A stretch of DNA of 64,000 nucleotides from Nanobdellota archaeon (GCA_049324275.1 JBMOLG010000001.1:47606-111605), one strand, 5' to 3'. Shown: positions 19,836 to 29,314, numbered from the stretch's first letter. Made by a program: numbers and translations. The notes: a model not told the origin generated them from the sequence alone.

Positions 19836-20494
19836 TTATTTTCTATCCAACTCCAGAATTTATCCCGCCCAATGATAACGTGATCTAATACTTTTATATC
19901 TATTATTTGTCCTGCTTCAATTATCTTTTTTGTTATCTCGATGTCTTCTTCGCTTGGATGCGGATCTCCTGATGGATGATTATGAACAATGATTATTCTA
20001 GATGCCGAATTTTTTATTGCAGGCCTGAAAATTTCCCTTGGGTGGATGATTGTTGAATCAAGAATTCCTTTTGAAACTAAAAAATCATTCAAAATATTAT
20101 TTTTATTATTCAATAAAAGAACGATAAAATTTTCCTGTGTCTCACTTTTAAGTTTTTCATGGAATAAATTAAAAACATCTTCTGCATTTTTTATCTGTGT
20201 TATTTTCTTTTTCTTTTGATTATATCTTTTTCCCAACTCTGAAATTGCAAGAATTTGCATTGCTTTAATTTGTCCAATTCCTTTTATTGTTTGCAATTCT
20301 TTTAATGAACAATCAAATAATTTTTCCAATCCAAATTTATTTATTAATCGATTAGACATATCAATCACGTTTTCTTCAAATGTTCCTGTTCTTAGAATGA
20401 TTGCAAAAAGTTCGGCATCTGATAAAGCTGAAGGGCTTAATTTAAGAAATCTCTCACGCGGGCGATTTTCCTTAGATATTTCAGATATCTTCAT
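19832..20494 (-). CDS. radC: RadC-like JAB-domain protein
   Basis: RPRER...LSDAEL, HhH, HPREIF, HNHPSGDP.PS.ED, LDHVI. Confidence 0.95.
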   Translation of the reverse strand: MKISEISKENRPRERFLKLSPSALSDAELFAIILRTGTFEENVIDMSNRLINKFGLEKLFDCSLKELQTIKGIGQIKAMQILAISELGKRYNQKKKKITQIKNAEDVFNLFHEKLKSETQENFIVLLLNNKNNILNDFLVSKGILDSTIIHPREIFRPAIKNSASRIIIVHNHPSGDPHPSEEDIEITKKIIEAGQIIDIKVLDHVIIGRDKFWSWIENN

Positions 20495-20582
20495 TTAAAA
20501 TTTTAGCATTGAAAGATTTTATATTTATCTTATTATAAAAAAATAAAAACATTTATAATTTAATATTATTTTAAAATTAGAG

Positions 20583-21485
20583 GTGAAAATGTTTGACGTT
20601 ATAACTTTTGGTTCTGCAGTCATAGATATTTTTGTAGATACAGATGTCAGCGAGAAAAAAAATTTTATAAGTTATCCTGTTGGAAGCAAGATTTTAATTA
20701 AAGATTTAAAATTTGATATTGGTGGAGGAGGAACAAATACTGCTGTTGCCTTTGCAAGGTTGGGATTAAAAACAGGATATATTGGAAAACTTGGAAGAGA
20801 TGAAAATGCTTATGAAGTTTTAAGATTGCTAAAAAAAGAGCATATAAAATTTCTAGGAACACAAGAAGGAATTACAGGACATTCAATTATTCTTGACAGC
20901 AAAGGAGGGGAAAGGACAATTTTAACTTATAAAGGGGCAAATGATAATCTTGAATTAAAAGATATAAATCTTAAAAAAGTAAAGACTAAATGGTTATATT
21001 ATTCTTCTTTGCTGGAAAAAAGTTTTGAAGCTCAGAAAAGACTTGCTGAAATATTGACTAAAAAAAATGTAAAGTTAGCATTTAATCCTAGCGAATATTT
21101 AATCAAAGAAAAAAACTTGTCTTCTTTGCTGAAAATTACAGAAATTTTAATTTTGAATAAAGATGAAGCAAAATTATTAACAAAAGAAAATGATTTATTT
21201 TTAGGCTTGCAGAGATTAGGGCCAAAGATTATAGTAATAACAGATAAAGATAAGTTGATTGAGTCTTATGATTCTTATTCAAATAAAAAATATTTTTTAA
21301 AACCTCACAAGATTAAAGTGGTGGAAAGAACAGGGGCAGGAGATGCTTTTGCTTCGGGCTTTGTTGCAGGGCAAATCGTTGGAAAAACAATTCCTGAAAG
21401 TCTGGGGTTAGGATTAAAGGAAAGCGAATCTGTAATCAGATATTTTGGCGCTAAAAATAATTTGTTAAGGATAAGATTAAGATAG
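20583..21485 (+). CDS. PfkB-family carbohydrate kinase
   Basis: GGGGTNTAVAFARLG; ERTGAGDAFASGF. Confidence 0.93.
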   Translation: MKMFDVITFGSAVIDIFVDTDVSEKKNFISYPVGSKILIKDLKFDIGGGGTNTAVAFARLGLKTGYIGKLGRDENAYEVLRLLKKEHIKFLGTQEGITGHSIILDSKGGERTILTYKGANDNLELKDINLKKVKTKWLYYSSLLEKSFEAQKRLAEILTKKNVKLAFNPSEYLIKEKNLSSLLKITEILILNKDEAKLLTKENDLFLGLQRLGPKIIVITDKDKLIESYDSYSNKKYFLKPHKIKVVERTGAGDAFASGFVAGQIVGKTIPESLGLGLKESESVIRYFGAKNNLLRIRLR

Positions 21486-21490
21486 ATTTT

Positions 21491-22084
21491 TTACAGCCAC
21501 ATTTTGCTCATTTCAATTTTTTTAAATGAAATATTAATAGCATTTGAATATAAGTCAGATAATCTTTCCAGGATTTTTTTCCATTTAGACAAATCATCCA
21601 ATGAAGCATCTATGCCATCAAGATTATCAATAAACTTTTGGCCGTAATCTGAAAAACCCCTGCAATATTTGTATGTTTTGATGCGCAATTCTTCTTTTTG
21701 AATTTCTGATTCGAGCAAATGCTTAGATGATTTAAATCCCCGTTTCCATGCAACAGGATTCAGAACAATTTTAGAACATTTAAATGCCGCACTTACAATT
21801 TCCTGCGGGGCAATTTCAATTAACTTTTCCAAGGTGCGTTCCTGACGTGATATTTTTTCAAAATCAGAGTACAACATGAATAATTTTTCCCTTACCATTC
21901 CCAGATATTTTTCATGTGAAATTATTTGTCCAGAAATATATGTTGGATCTTCTTTTGCTCTTGCATAATTATATTCCAATGTAACATCCCTGGCTGAAAC
22001 AACAGCTTTATTAGTTACATCAAAATGTAACTGCACAGGTTCGCCTTCAAAATTTATTTCTAAATCCAGGAAAAATATTGCCAT
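21491..22084 (-). CDS. Hypothetical protein
   Basis: 197-aa ORF with upstream TATA. Confidence 0.6.
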   Translation of the reverse strand: MAIFFLDLEINFEGEPVQLHFDVTNKAVVSARDVTLEYNYARAKEDPTYISGQIISHEKYLGMVREKLFMLYSDFEKISRQERTLEKLIEIAPQEIVSAAFKCSKIVLNPVAWKRGFKSSKHLLESEIQKEELRIKTYKYCRGFSDYGQKFIDNLDGIDASLDDLSKWKKILERLSDLYSNAINISFKKIEMSKMWL

Positions 22085-22171
22085 AATAAAATCTTTCCTT
22101 AGCTTTTATAAATTTATATTTAATTAACAATAGAGGAAAAATATATAAAAATAGAATTTTTGCGAACAGAG

Positions 22172-22794
22172 ATGGCTAATATAAAAATTGTTTCTGTTGA
22201 CTTTCAAAAAGATTTTACATCAGAAAAAGGACATTGGTATAAACCCCGGCCAAGCGTAAAATTTTTGAAAAATACATTTTTGCCATTTTTAGCTAAAAAT
22301 AACATTAAGGTTGCAGAAATAATTTCTGATTATCGCCCACCAAGACTTGGAGATCCTGGAAAGGGATGTTATCCGGTCAATTTGGATATGAATCTGAAAT
22401 TCCTAAAGAGATAAAAGGAAAAAACATTTGGGTAAAATGCATGAATTCACCAATATGGATAAGGAAAAATATTGGAAATCCGAATAAAAATCCCGGCATG
22501 CCTTATCAAGATCCCAAAAAATTTTCAAAATGGGCTAAAACAACAATAGGAAATCCTAAAGAAATTGATTTTATTGCCTTAATAGGATTAACACTTGACT
22601 GCTGTGTCTCATTTGCAGCACAAGAATTAACATGGAGAGGATATAAAGTTAAAATTTTAAAGCAAGCAACTGACACATTTATTTATTCGGGAATAAAGGA
22701 AAAAGAAATAATCTTATCGACAATAAAAGCAAATCATTGGGCAGATATTATTGAGTGGAAAGATCTTAAGAATCTATGCAAAAAAAATTTTTAA
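22172..22794 (+). pseudogene. Isochorismatase/cysteine hydrolase family, frameshifted
   Basis: VSVDFQKDF in one frame; WVKC and IGLTLDCCV in another; adding one G near 22375 joins them (CYP-GQFGYE). Confidence 0.8.
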
Positions 22795-22816
22795 AAGAAA
22801 GATTAGTAGATAAACG

Positions 22817-23413
22817 ATGAAAAAAGAATCTAACATTCTTATTGAATTAAAAGAACACATACCTTTTACAGCATTGGCAACATTTATTGCAATAGTTATA
22901 ACAGGCATTTTTTATTTTTCCAATAAAGAATCTATAAGCATTATAACTTCGTTATTCTATATTTTTCATCCGATGCATATATTTTTCTCATCTCTTGTTA
23001 CAACAGCTATATTCTACAAATACAAAAAAAATTTTTTCCCAGCAGTAATAGTCGGAATTTTAGGCTCAATTATAATTGGAAGTTTAAGTGATATTATTCT
23101 CCCATATTTAGGCGGAACTTTGTTAGGATTTAATACTGCATTTCATTTAGAAGCGATTGAAGAGCCAATTTTAATTTTTGGAGTCTCATTCATAGGATGT
23201 TTAACAGGAATTTTTATAAAAACAACTAAATTCCCCCATTCTATTCATGTATTTTTATCAGTATTTGCTACTTTATTCTATGTTCTTGCATTTAGCATTA
23301 ATCTAAACTTTTCATCAATCATAGTATTATTCTGCATTGTTTTTATAGCTGTCCTGCTTCCTTGCTGTTTTAGTGACATTGTTTTTCCCTTGCTATTTAT
23401 GAGAGAAAAATAA
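22817..23413 (+). CDS. Multi-pass membrane protein with His/Cys motifs (possible metal binding)
   Basis: EHIPFT, FHPMHIFFS, KFPHSIHVFLS, PCCFSDIVFP; about 6 hydrophobic segments. Confidence 0.7.
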   Translation: MKKESNILIELKEHIPFTALATFIAIVITGIFYFSNKESISIITSLFYIFHPMHIFFSSLVTTAIFYKYKKNFFPAVIVGILGSIIIGSLSDIILPYLGGTLLGFNTAFHLEAIEEPILIFGVSFIGCLTGIFIKTTKFPHSIHVFLSVFATLFYVLAFSINLNFSSIIVLFCIVFIAVLLPCCFSDIVFPLLFMREK

Positions 23414-23449
23414 ATTTATAAGCAGATGATTCTTTAATTTTGAAAAGAG

Positions 23450-24205
23450 ATGAAAATTCCAAATCTTAAAAAAATCACAACAAATGGAAGAGCGATATAC
23501 CTGGCATATGACCAGGGGCTTGAGCATGGGCCTGCAGATTTTAATGATAAAAATGTAAATCCATGTTATATCATTGATATTGCAAAAAAAGGACGATTTA
23601 ATGCTGTAATTTTTCAAAAAGGTATTGCTGAAAAGTATCATGAAGAAATAAGAAAATCAAAAGTTCCTTTGATTGTCAAATTAAATGGAAAAACAAATCT
23701 TGTAAAAGGAGAGCCCATATCGCGATTATTATGCACAGTCGAAGAAGCATTGAAGTTAGGCGCTTCAGGGATTGGATATACAATTTATATTGGAAGTGCT
23801 CATGAAGACGTGATGCTTGAAGAGTTTGAAATAATTCAAAAAAAAGCTCATGAAAAGAATCTTCCAGTTATAGTATGGATTTATCCACGAGGCAAATCTG
23901 TTGAAAAAAAATCTTCCAAAGATTTGATGGCTTATGCATGCAGAGTTGGGCTTGAGATTGGGGCAGATATAATAAAGATTCAATATAATGGAGATAAAAA
24001 AGATTTGGAATGGGCTATAAAAAATGCAGGCAAAACAAAGGTAGTAATCGCAGGGGGAATTAAAAAAGATTCAAATGATTTGTATAAGCAAATAAAAGAA
24101 ATTATGCAGACAGGAGCAATTGGCCTTGCGATTGGAAGAAATATTTGGCAGGCAAAAAACCCGTTGGAAATAAGCGAAAAAATTAGGGGGATAATCATGA
24201 AATGA
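23450..24205 (+). CDS. fba: Class I fructose-bisphosphate aldolase (archaeal/DhnA type)
   Basis: LAYDQGLEHGP, VKLNGKT, WIYPRG, GADIIK (Schiff-base K), AGG, GRNIWQ. Confidence 0.92.
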   Translation: MKIPNLKKITTNGRAIYLAYDQGLEHGPADFNDKNVNPCYIIDIAKKGRFNAVIFQKGIAEKYHEEIRKSKVPLIVKLNGKTNLVKGEPISRLLCTVEEALKLGASGIGYTIYIGSAHEDVMLEEFEIIQKKAHEKNLPVIVWIYPRGKSVEKKSSKDLMAYACRVGLEIGADIIKIQYNGDKKDLEWAIKNAGKTKVVIAGGIKKDSNDLYKQIKEIMQTGAIGLAIGRNIWQAKNPLEISEKIRGIIMK

Positions 24206-24831
24206 AACCTACAATAATTATAAATTTTAAAACATACAAACAGGGCACTGAAGTCTTAAGATGGGCAAAGATAATTGAAAAGATTAACAGAGACATAATT
24301 ATAGGCATACAAGCAACGGATCTCTTCCAAATGTCACATAATACAAAAATAAAAATTTATGCACAACATACTGATTACTTTGAACCTGGGAGAAATACAG
24401 GATTTATTTTGCCTGAATCTTTAAAAGCGAATGGTGCAGATGGGACTTTTTTGAATCATTCAGAGCATAGGTTAGATTTCAAAGTTTTAGAAAAGACAAT
24501 TGACAGATGCAAAAAAATAAAATTAAAGACAGCAGTTTTTGCAAAAAATCTAAACGAAGCAAAAAAAATTGAAAAACTGAAACCCGACTTGCTGATAATT
24601 GAACCACCGGAATTAATTGCAGGAAATGTTTCTGTTTCAGATTCAAGACCTGAATTAATCAAGAATATTGCTAAAAGTCTTAAAACAAATTTTTTAGTCG
24701 GGGCAGGAATACATTCAAATCAAGATTTAAAGGTCGCATTGAAGTTAGGCGCTTCAGGTATTGCTTTATCATCTGCGATTATGACTTCTAAAAATCCTGA
24801 AAAAATTTTAAAAGAGTTAATTTACGGATGA
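24202..24831 (+). CDS. tpiA: Triosephosphate isomerase (archaeal type)
   Basis: INFKTY, LNHSEHR, IEPPELI, VGAGI. Confidence 0.96.
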   Translation: MKPTIIINFKTYKQGTEVLRWAKIIEKINRDIIIGIQATDLFQMSHNTKIKIYAQHTDYFEPGRNTGFILPESLKANGADGTFLNHSEHRLDFKVLEKTIDRCKKIKLKTAVFAKNLNEAKKIEKLKPDLLIIEPPELIAGNVSVSDSRPELIKNIAKSLKTNFLVGAGIHSNQDLKVALKLGASGIALSSAIMTSKNPEKILKELIYG

Positions 24832-24847
24832 TTGTTTTACACAAAAG

Positions 24848-24873
24848 TTGTGATTACTTTATAATAGTCGTTG
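24848..24873. promoter_or_regulatory. Palindromic operator-like motif upstream of hypA
   Basis: TTGTGATTACT-TTAT-AATAGTCGTTG. Confidence 0.45.
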
Positions 24874-24936
24874 GTTTAAATATATATTTAAAAATGTAAA
24901 ATTCCATAAAATTATTCAAAATTCAGGGAAAGAAAT

Positions 24937-25263
24937 ATGCATGAAATATTGTTTGCTCAGGAATTGTTAAATCAGATTGAAAATAAAGATAATGTTCAGA
25001 GCATTGAATTGGAAGTGGGAGAATTAGCTGAGATCACAGCAGAAGAACTTAGAAATGTAATAGAAGATTTAATGGGTTGGGAGGTAATTGTTGAAAATGT
25101 TTTGGCAAATGTTGAATGCGGTTGCTGTGGATTTACTGGAAGGCCAAAGATTACAGAAAGAAATCAGGATTTTGTGATTTATGAATGTCCGCAATGCAAG
25201 GGGCTACCTCGAGCAAAAGCCGGAAAAGAGATAATTATTAAGAAGATTATTTATTTTGATTAA
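24937..25263 (+). CDS. hypA: Hydrogenase nickel-insertion protein HypA
   Basis: N-terminal MHE, VGELA, two CxxC motifs (CGCC, CPQC), GKE. Confidence 0.9.
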   Translation: MHEILFAQELLNQIENKDNVQSIELEVGELAEITAEELRNVIEDLMGWEVIVENVLANVECGCCGFTGRPKITERNQDFVIYECPQCKGLPRAKAGKEIIIKKIIYFD

Positions 25264-25330
25264 ACCTATTAATAGTTTAATTTTTCAAAATTTACAATAA
25301 ATATTTATAAGAAAAAATAAGAATAAATAT

Positions 25331-25990
25331 ATGTGCTTAACTTTACCAGGGAAGATTATAGAGATAAACCAAGAAATTACAATAGACTATGGGGATGAAA
25401 AAAGAAAAGCAGAAACAAGCGTTGTTGATATTAGTATAGGGGATTATGTTATTGTTAAGGAAGGCATCATAATTGGAAAAGTTGATAAGCAAAGAGCGCA
25501 AGAATTTATAAAAATGTTAGAAAAAAAGATTTGGACTTATGAGGAAGTTTTGTTTAGATTTAGTATTTCATGCTTAGAAGATAGATATAATTCAGGAAGA
25601 ATGGATAAACAAAGATTTGAAAAAATTGTGGAATATGCACAAAAAAGTGAAATCCCCCCAATCGATTTAATCAAAGAATTTATACAAAATGCCATAAAAA
25701 AAATTCATCCAAAAACTCCTGAAGCAGTTGAAGATTATTTCTTAAAAGAACACAATAATTTAATTGACCGGCGTGAGGAGGAATATGCAAATTGCCCTGA
25801 AGAAATTTGCGAGATATGCAAGGCAAAAAAAGGAATTGTCAAAGAAATCCTTGATAGAAACTTACCTACGTATTTGATTGAATGTGAAGATGGTTCACTA
25901 GACTATACTGTGCATAAATATTTTCCAGAACAAATAAAAGTTGGAGATAAAATTATAAGCCACAATAAAATTTTTGTGAAAAAATTATGA
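25331..25990 (+). CDS. hypC: HypC-like chaperone fused to a ~150-aa Cys/His-containing domain
   Basis: MCLTLPGKII...IGDYVIV matches HypC; long extension ending CEICKAKKGIV...KVGDKIISH. Confidence 0.75.
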   Translation: MCLTLPGKIIEINQEITIDYGDEKRKAETSVVDISIGDYVIVKEGIIIGKVDKQRAQEFIKMLEKKIWTYEEVLFRFSISCLEDRYNSGRMDKQRFEKIVEYAQKSEIPPIDLIKEFIQNAIKKIHPKTPEAVEDYFLKEHNNLIDRREEEYANCPEEICEICKAKKGIVKEILDRNLPTYLIECEDGSLDYTVHKYFPEQIKVGDKIISHNKIFVKKL

Positions 25991-26346
25991 AAATATTATG
26001 CCTCGGCAATGAATTTATCGAACAGGATTCTTCAGCAAAAAAAATCGGAGAAGAATTAGCAGATTTAGGCTATGAAGTTATACTTATTCAGGATAGCTTT
26101 GAATTGATTTTACATTTAAAAGAGAAAGATATAATCATACTTGATGTTGCTGAAAATTTAAATCACGTTCAGGAATTAAAAATAGACGAATTAAAAGATA
26201 ATCCAACTTTAACGGCACATGATTTTGATGCACAATTCATTTTAAAATTATTGAATGCGGATGTGAGAATTGTCGGCGTCCCTTGTGGGTGTAATACAAA
26301 TGAGGCCATCAAAGAAATTAATTATTTGTTGAAAGTCTTTCTCTAA
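25987..26346 (+). CDS. Hydrogenase maturation protease (HycI/HybD-like, short)
   Basis: ILCLGNEFIEQD, IILDVA, TAHDFD, RIVGVP. Confidence 0.78.
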   Translation: MKILCLGNEFIEQDSSAKKIGEELADLGYEVILIQDSFELILHLKEKDIIILDVAENLNHVQELKIDELKDNPTLTAHDFDAQFILKLLNADVRIVGVPCGCNTNEAIKEINYLLKVFL

Positions 26347-26688
26347 ATTCATAAATTTGGTAAATTCAATTCTTTTTGGAGAATCTTCCATATTATGCAT
26401 TTCCATGATTTTCTTTCCTAATCTTCCCACTTTTTCCAAATCCCCAGCACAGGAATAAGGATAAACTGCTCTTGAAAAAAATTTTTCAGCTAATGAGTAA
26501 AATCCAATTGATGCACATTTCTGGGCAAATGATTCGATTAATTCTCCTGCCTCTAAAAAATGGTTTGATTCTTTTAAGACTTCTTGTGCAATAAAAGGGA
26601 TTTCACATTTTCTAAAAAACTCCGATAGCTTTGCAGCATAGGTTAAATATTGAGGATCAGGGTCTTCATTATAAATCGGAATTCCCAT
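26248..26688 (-). CDS. Hypothetical helical protein
   Basis: 146-aa ORF with TATA upstream; 3' end overlaps the protease by about 100 bp. Confidence 0.5.
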   Translation of the reverse strand: MGIPIYNEDPDPQYLTYAAKLSEFFRKCEIPFIAQEVLKESNHFLEAGELIESFAQKCASIGFYSLAEKFFSRAVYPYSCAGDLEKVGRLGKKIMEMHNMEDSPKRIEFTKFMNLEKDFQQIINFFDGLICITPTRDADNSHIRIQ

Positions 26689-26739
26689 AATATACTGAAG
26701 AATTCTGATTTTTTAAAGGTTTTTAGTATAAAAAAATAA

Positions 26740-27255
26740 TCAAAATGAGATTTCTAAAATCATCAATTCTTCAAAAAAAATTTTTTTTGTTGCAAGAATC
26801 TTGGGCTTGAATTTTTTTATTTGAGTAAATGGAGTTTGAGAGGATATCAACAAGAAAATTTTTCCTTCTTTTTTCAAAAAGTGTTTTGCTTGAATTAGGA
26901 ATTTTAACGAAGTTTCATCTCCATTTTTACCCCCTGAAGTATCTTTTTGCTTGTCAAATCTGTGTTCTGGAAGATAAGGAGGATTAAAAGTTATTATATC
27001 AAATTTTTTTTGTGGAAGTTCTGAAAACAGGTCCGATTTAATCACATCAAATCCTTTGTTCTTCACATAATCAACAGATTCTTCATCAATGTCTACAGCT
27101 AATATCTTCTTGATTCCAGAATCACGGGCAATTTCGGACAAGATTCCAGAGCCAGTCCCCATATCTAAATAATTAATATTTTTGTCTGATAATCGAATAA
27201 AATAATTTTTAAGGAAATTTGCAAAAAACAAAGAATCTTCCCCTGGAAAATACAT
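26740..27255 (-). CDS. HemK2/MTQ2-like protein methyltransferase
   Basis: Y.P.EDS, LDMGTGSG, FNPPYLP, SGGKNG. Confidence 0.92.
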   Translation of the reverse strand: MYFPGEDSLFFANFLKNYFIRLSDKNINYLDMGTGSGILSEIARDSGIKKILAVDIDEESVDYVKNKGFDVIKSDLFSELPQKKFDIITFNPPYLPEHRFDKQKDTSGGKNGDETSLKFLIQAKHFLKKEGKIFLLISSQTPFTQIKKFKPKILATKKIFFEELMILEISF

Positions 27256-27256
27256 T

Positions 27257-27559
27257 TTAAAATAAACCTATTAATTTATCCCAATAAAGCCAGACGAGGC
27301 CTGCAGAAATCAAGATTAATGCAAGAATTAAAATTATTATGATATATTTAAGTTTTTTTGCAGACTTTTTAGGAGGTTGTGCGGCAATTGGCAAGGGGGG
27401 AAAATTTTTTTGGTTAGTTTCTGGCTCAGCTTGGCTTGGCTTAACAGATAATAAAGCTTTTTCAATATCCTGCGCATTATATCCTGCATTAATAAAACTC
27501 TGTTTTATTCTTTCAAGATTATTATCGTGTTCAAGTGCAATTTTAATCCCGCCAATCAA
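27257..27559 (-). CDS. Small membrane-anchored hypothetical protein
   Basis: IKQSFINAGY..DIE, Pro-rich linker, C-terminal TM; start uncertain. Confidence 0.6.
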   Translation of the reverse strand: MIGGIKIALEHDNNLERIKQSFINAGYNAQDIEKALLSVKPSQAEPETNQKNFPPLPIAAQPPKKSAKKLKYIIIILILALILISAGLVWLYWDKLIGLF

Positions 27560-27606
27560 ATCATCAATATTAGAATTATTTGCTTTTCCGGAATTTGCCG
27601 AAATAT

Positions 27607-28938
27607 CTATAATTTTAAAACCTCCCCATCCTCAATCAAATGACATTGTTTACCTAATTTATATCCTAATTCCGATGCAAGTTCTGCCATTGGCTGTGTT
27701 TTATCCAATCCCCCATGAGCTGGAATTATATGCTGAGGTGAAAGCAGATTAATCATATCCCTCAAGTCTTCTCTGCCAGCATGACCTGAAACATGAACAT
27801 CACGAAATATCCTGGCTTTTCTTTTTTTTAAGCGATTTTCCATTTTTTCAAAATTGGCTATATTAACATCTGTCGGAATTACACTTGAAGAAAATATTAC
27901 ATTGTCACCATGATTTACTCTTAATGGCAATTGATTTTTTGAAATCCTTTCCAATATGGAGCCTGGCTCTCCCTGATGGCCTGTGCAGACAACAAGATAT
28001 TTACTTCTATTTTTCTCAACATTCTTCAAAATTTTTTCAACCTGCCTTCGATATTTAAACATCTTTACCCCGTCTAAAAATGGAGCCAAATTAGATTCTC
28101 TCGCTGCAGTTACATATTTATCTAAACTTCTCCCTAAGAATATAACTTCACGGTCTAATTTTTTTCCAAACTCAACAACACTTTTAAGACGCGCAATATG
28201 GGAAGAGAATGTGGTCACAATTATCCCAGAATTTTTATTTTGAATATTAAGCAAAGATTCTTCAAGCAGGGCACGCGCGATTTTTTCAGAGGGAGTTTTT
28301 CTATCTGTGCCAGAGTATAAGGAATCTACAATAAAAGCATATACTCCTTCTTTTGCGATTTCCATTAACTTACTATAATTTGGCTTTAAACCTACAATAG
28401 GATTATTGTCTAATTTGAAATCATTTGCATATAAAACAACGCCTTTATTCGTATGAATTGCTACCAAACAAGTCTGCAACGTTGAATGCGTCATATTGAT
28501 AAAATCAACTTTATACTTTTTTTCCTTCCCTTTAATGAAAAAAGAATTGTTTGGTGGAATTTGTTTGATGTTGTTTTTTAAGTTAAGGTCGTTGTCTTTC
28601 AGTAGAGAATTCAAAACTGAAAGTGTGAATGGAGCACCATAAATAGGGGCATTATATTTATCTGATATAAATGGAACTGCACCAATGTGGTCAAGGTGAG
28701 CATGTCCAATGAACTGTGCCCGAACTTTATTCCTTATATCATTTATAACTGAATCTTCAGGAATTGCCTGAATAGATTTTAATTTTTTTTCGTTATAGTG
28801 GACTTTCTCTTTTTCCTCTAACTGAACTATGGGCGGAAGATGAAATCCTTCATCAAAAATAAATGCATCATCTCCAGTTTCCAATGCAACCATATTTTTA
28901 CCGACTTCACTAAAACCGCCAATTGTATGAATTTTCAT
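27607..28938 (-). CDS. rnj: RNase J-family beta-CASP ribonuclease
   Basis: GGFSEVGKNM, HAHLDH, FSSHIARL, TGHQGEP, HVSGHA, IPAHG. Confidence 0.95.
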   Translation of the reverse strand: MKIHTIGGFSEVGKNMVALETGDDAFIFDEGFHLPPIVQLEEKEKVHYNEKKLKSIQAIPEDSVINDIRNKVRAQFIGHAHLDHIGAVPFISDKYNAPIYGAPFTLSVLNSLLKDNDLNLKNNIKQIPPNNSFFIKGKEKKYKVDFINMTHSTLQTCLVAIHTNKGVVLYANDFKLDNNPIVGLKPNYSKLMEIAKEGVYAFIVDSLYSGTDRKTPSEKIARALLEESLLNIQNKNSGIIVTTFSSHIARLKSVVEFGKKLDREVIFLGRSLDKYVTAARESNLAPFLDGVKMFKYRRQVEKILKNVEKNRSKYLVVCTGHQGEPGSILERISKNQLPLRVNHGDNVIFSSSVIPTDVNIANFEKMENRLKKRKARIFRDVHVSGHAGREDLRDMINLLSPQHIIPAHGGLDKTQPMAELASELGYKLGKQCHLIEDGEVLKL

Positions 28939-29032
28939 ATTTTTCTTTTATGTATTATTATTTATATATTTTTAAATTTGTTCAATTTCAATATATCATT
29001 TAGAATTTAAATTTTTTAATCAAAGAAATCAA

Positions 29033-29104
29033 TGGCCCTGAGGGTCCTAAAAAATCTTCGATTTTTGGGAACTTCAATTATTACAAATTGAAGTGATTTG
29101 AACC
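29033..29104 (-). repeat. Copy of tRNA-Lys 3' end with a 50-nt twin-hairpin insert (29045-29094)
   Basis: + strand TGGCCCTGAGGG-[insert]-GATTTGAACC; removing the insert exactly restores the tRNA sequence TGGCCCTGAGGGGATTTGAACC. Confidence 0.85.
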
Positions 29105-29105
29105 T

Positions 29106-29175
29106 ACAACCTCCAGCGGGTTCTAGGAGTCCAGCAACCAAAACACAACCTCCAGCGGGTTCTAGGAGTCCAGCA
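29106..29175. repeat. 31-bp perfect direct repeat x2 (ACAACCTCCAGCGGGTTCTAGGAGTCCAGCA)
   Basis: Copies at 29106-29136 and 29145-29175. Confidence 0.95.
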
Positions 29176-29186
29176 GCCTAAGAAAA

Positions 29187-29278
29187 AATCCAATGGCCCT
29201 GAGGGGATTTTACTCACAATTTGCATTTCAAATAATGTTAATAAGATAGTTTTTCAAAGCGAATTGCTCGCCCCCGAC
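29187..29278 (-). repeat. Second copy of tRNA-Lys 3' end with a 60-nt insert in the T-loop (29211-29270)
   Basis: + strand AATCCAATGGCCCTGAGGGGATTT-[60 nt replacing GAA]-CCCCCGAC. Confidence 0.85.
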
Positions 29279-29314
29279 TAGAACTTATTTGAATTAATGT
29301 GGGTTCAAATCCAA

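Noticed and set aside
19832..20494. radC as a marker of a mobile or anti-restriction element
   Set aside because: Full-length HhH+JAB form among housekeeping genes, with no mobility genes or boundaries nearby.
29106..29175. CRISPR array from the 31-bp repeats
   Set aside because: Spacer is only 8 bp and there are two copies.
29033..29278. Trans-spliced split tRNA 3' halves or intron-containing tRNA genes
   Set aside because: No 5' halves or complementary leaders seen, no convincing BHB around either insert, the distal T-stem is mispaired, and an intact tRNA-Lys is adjacent.
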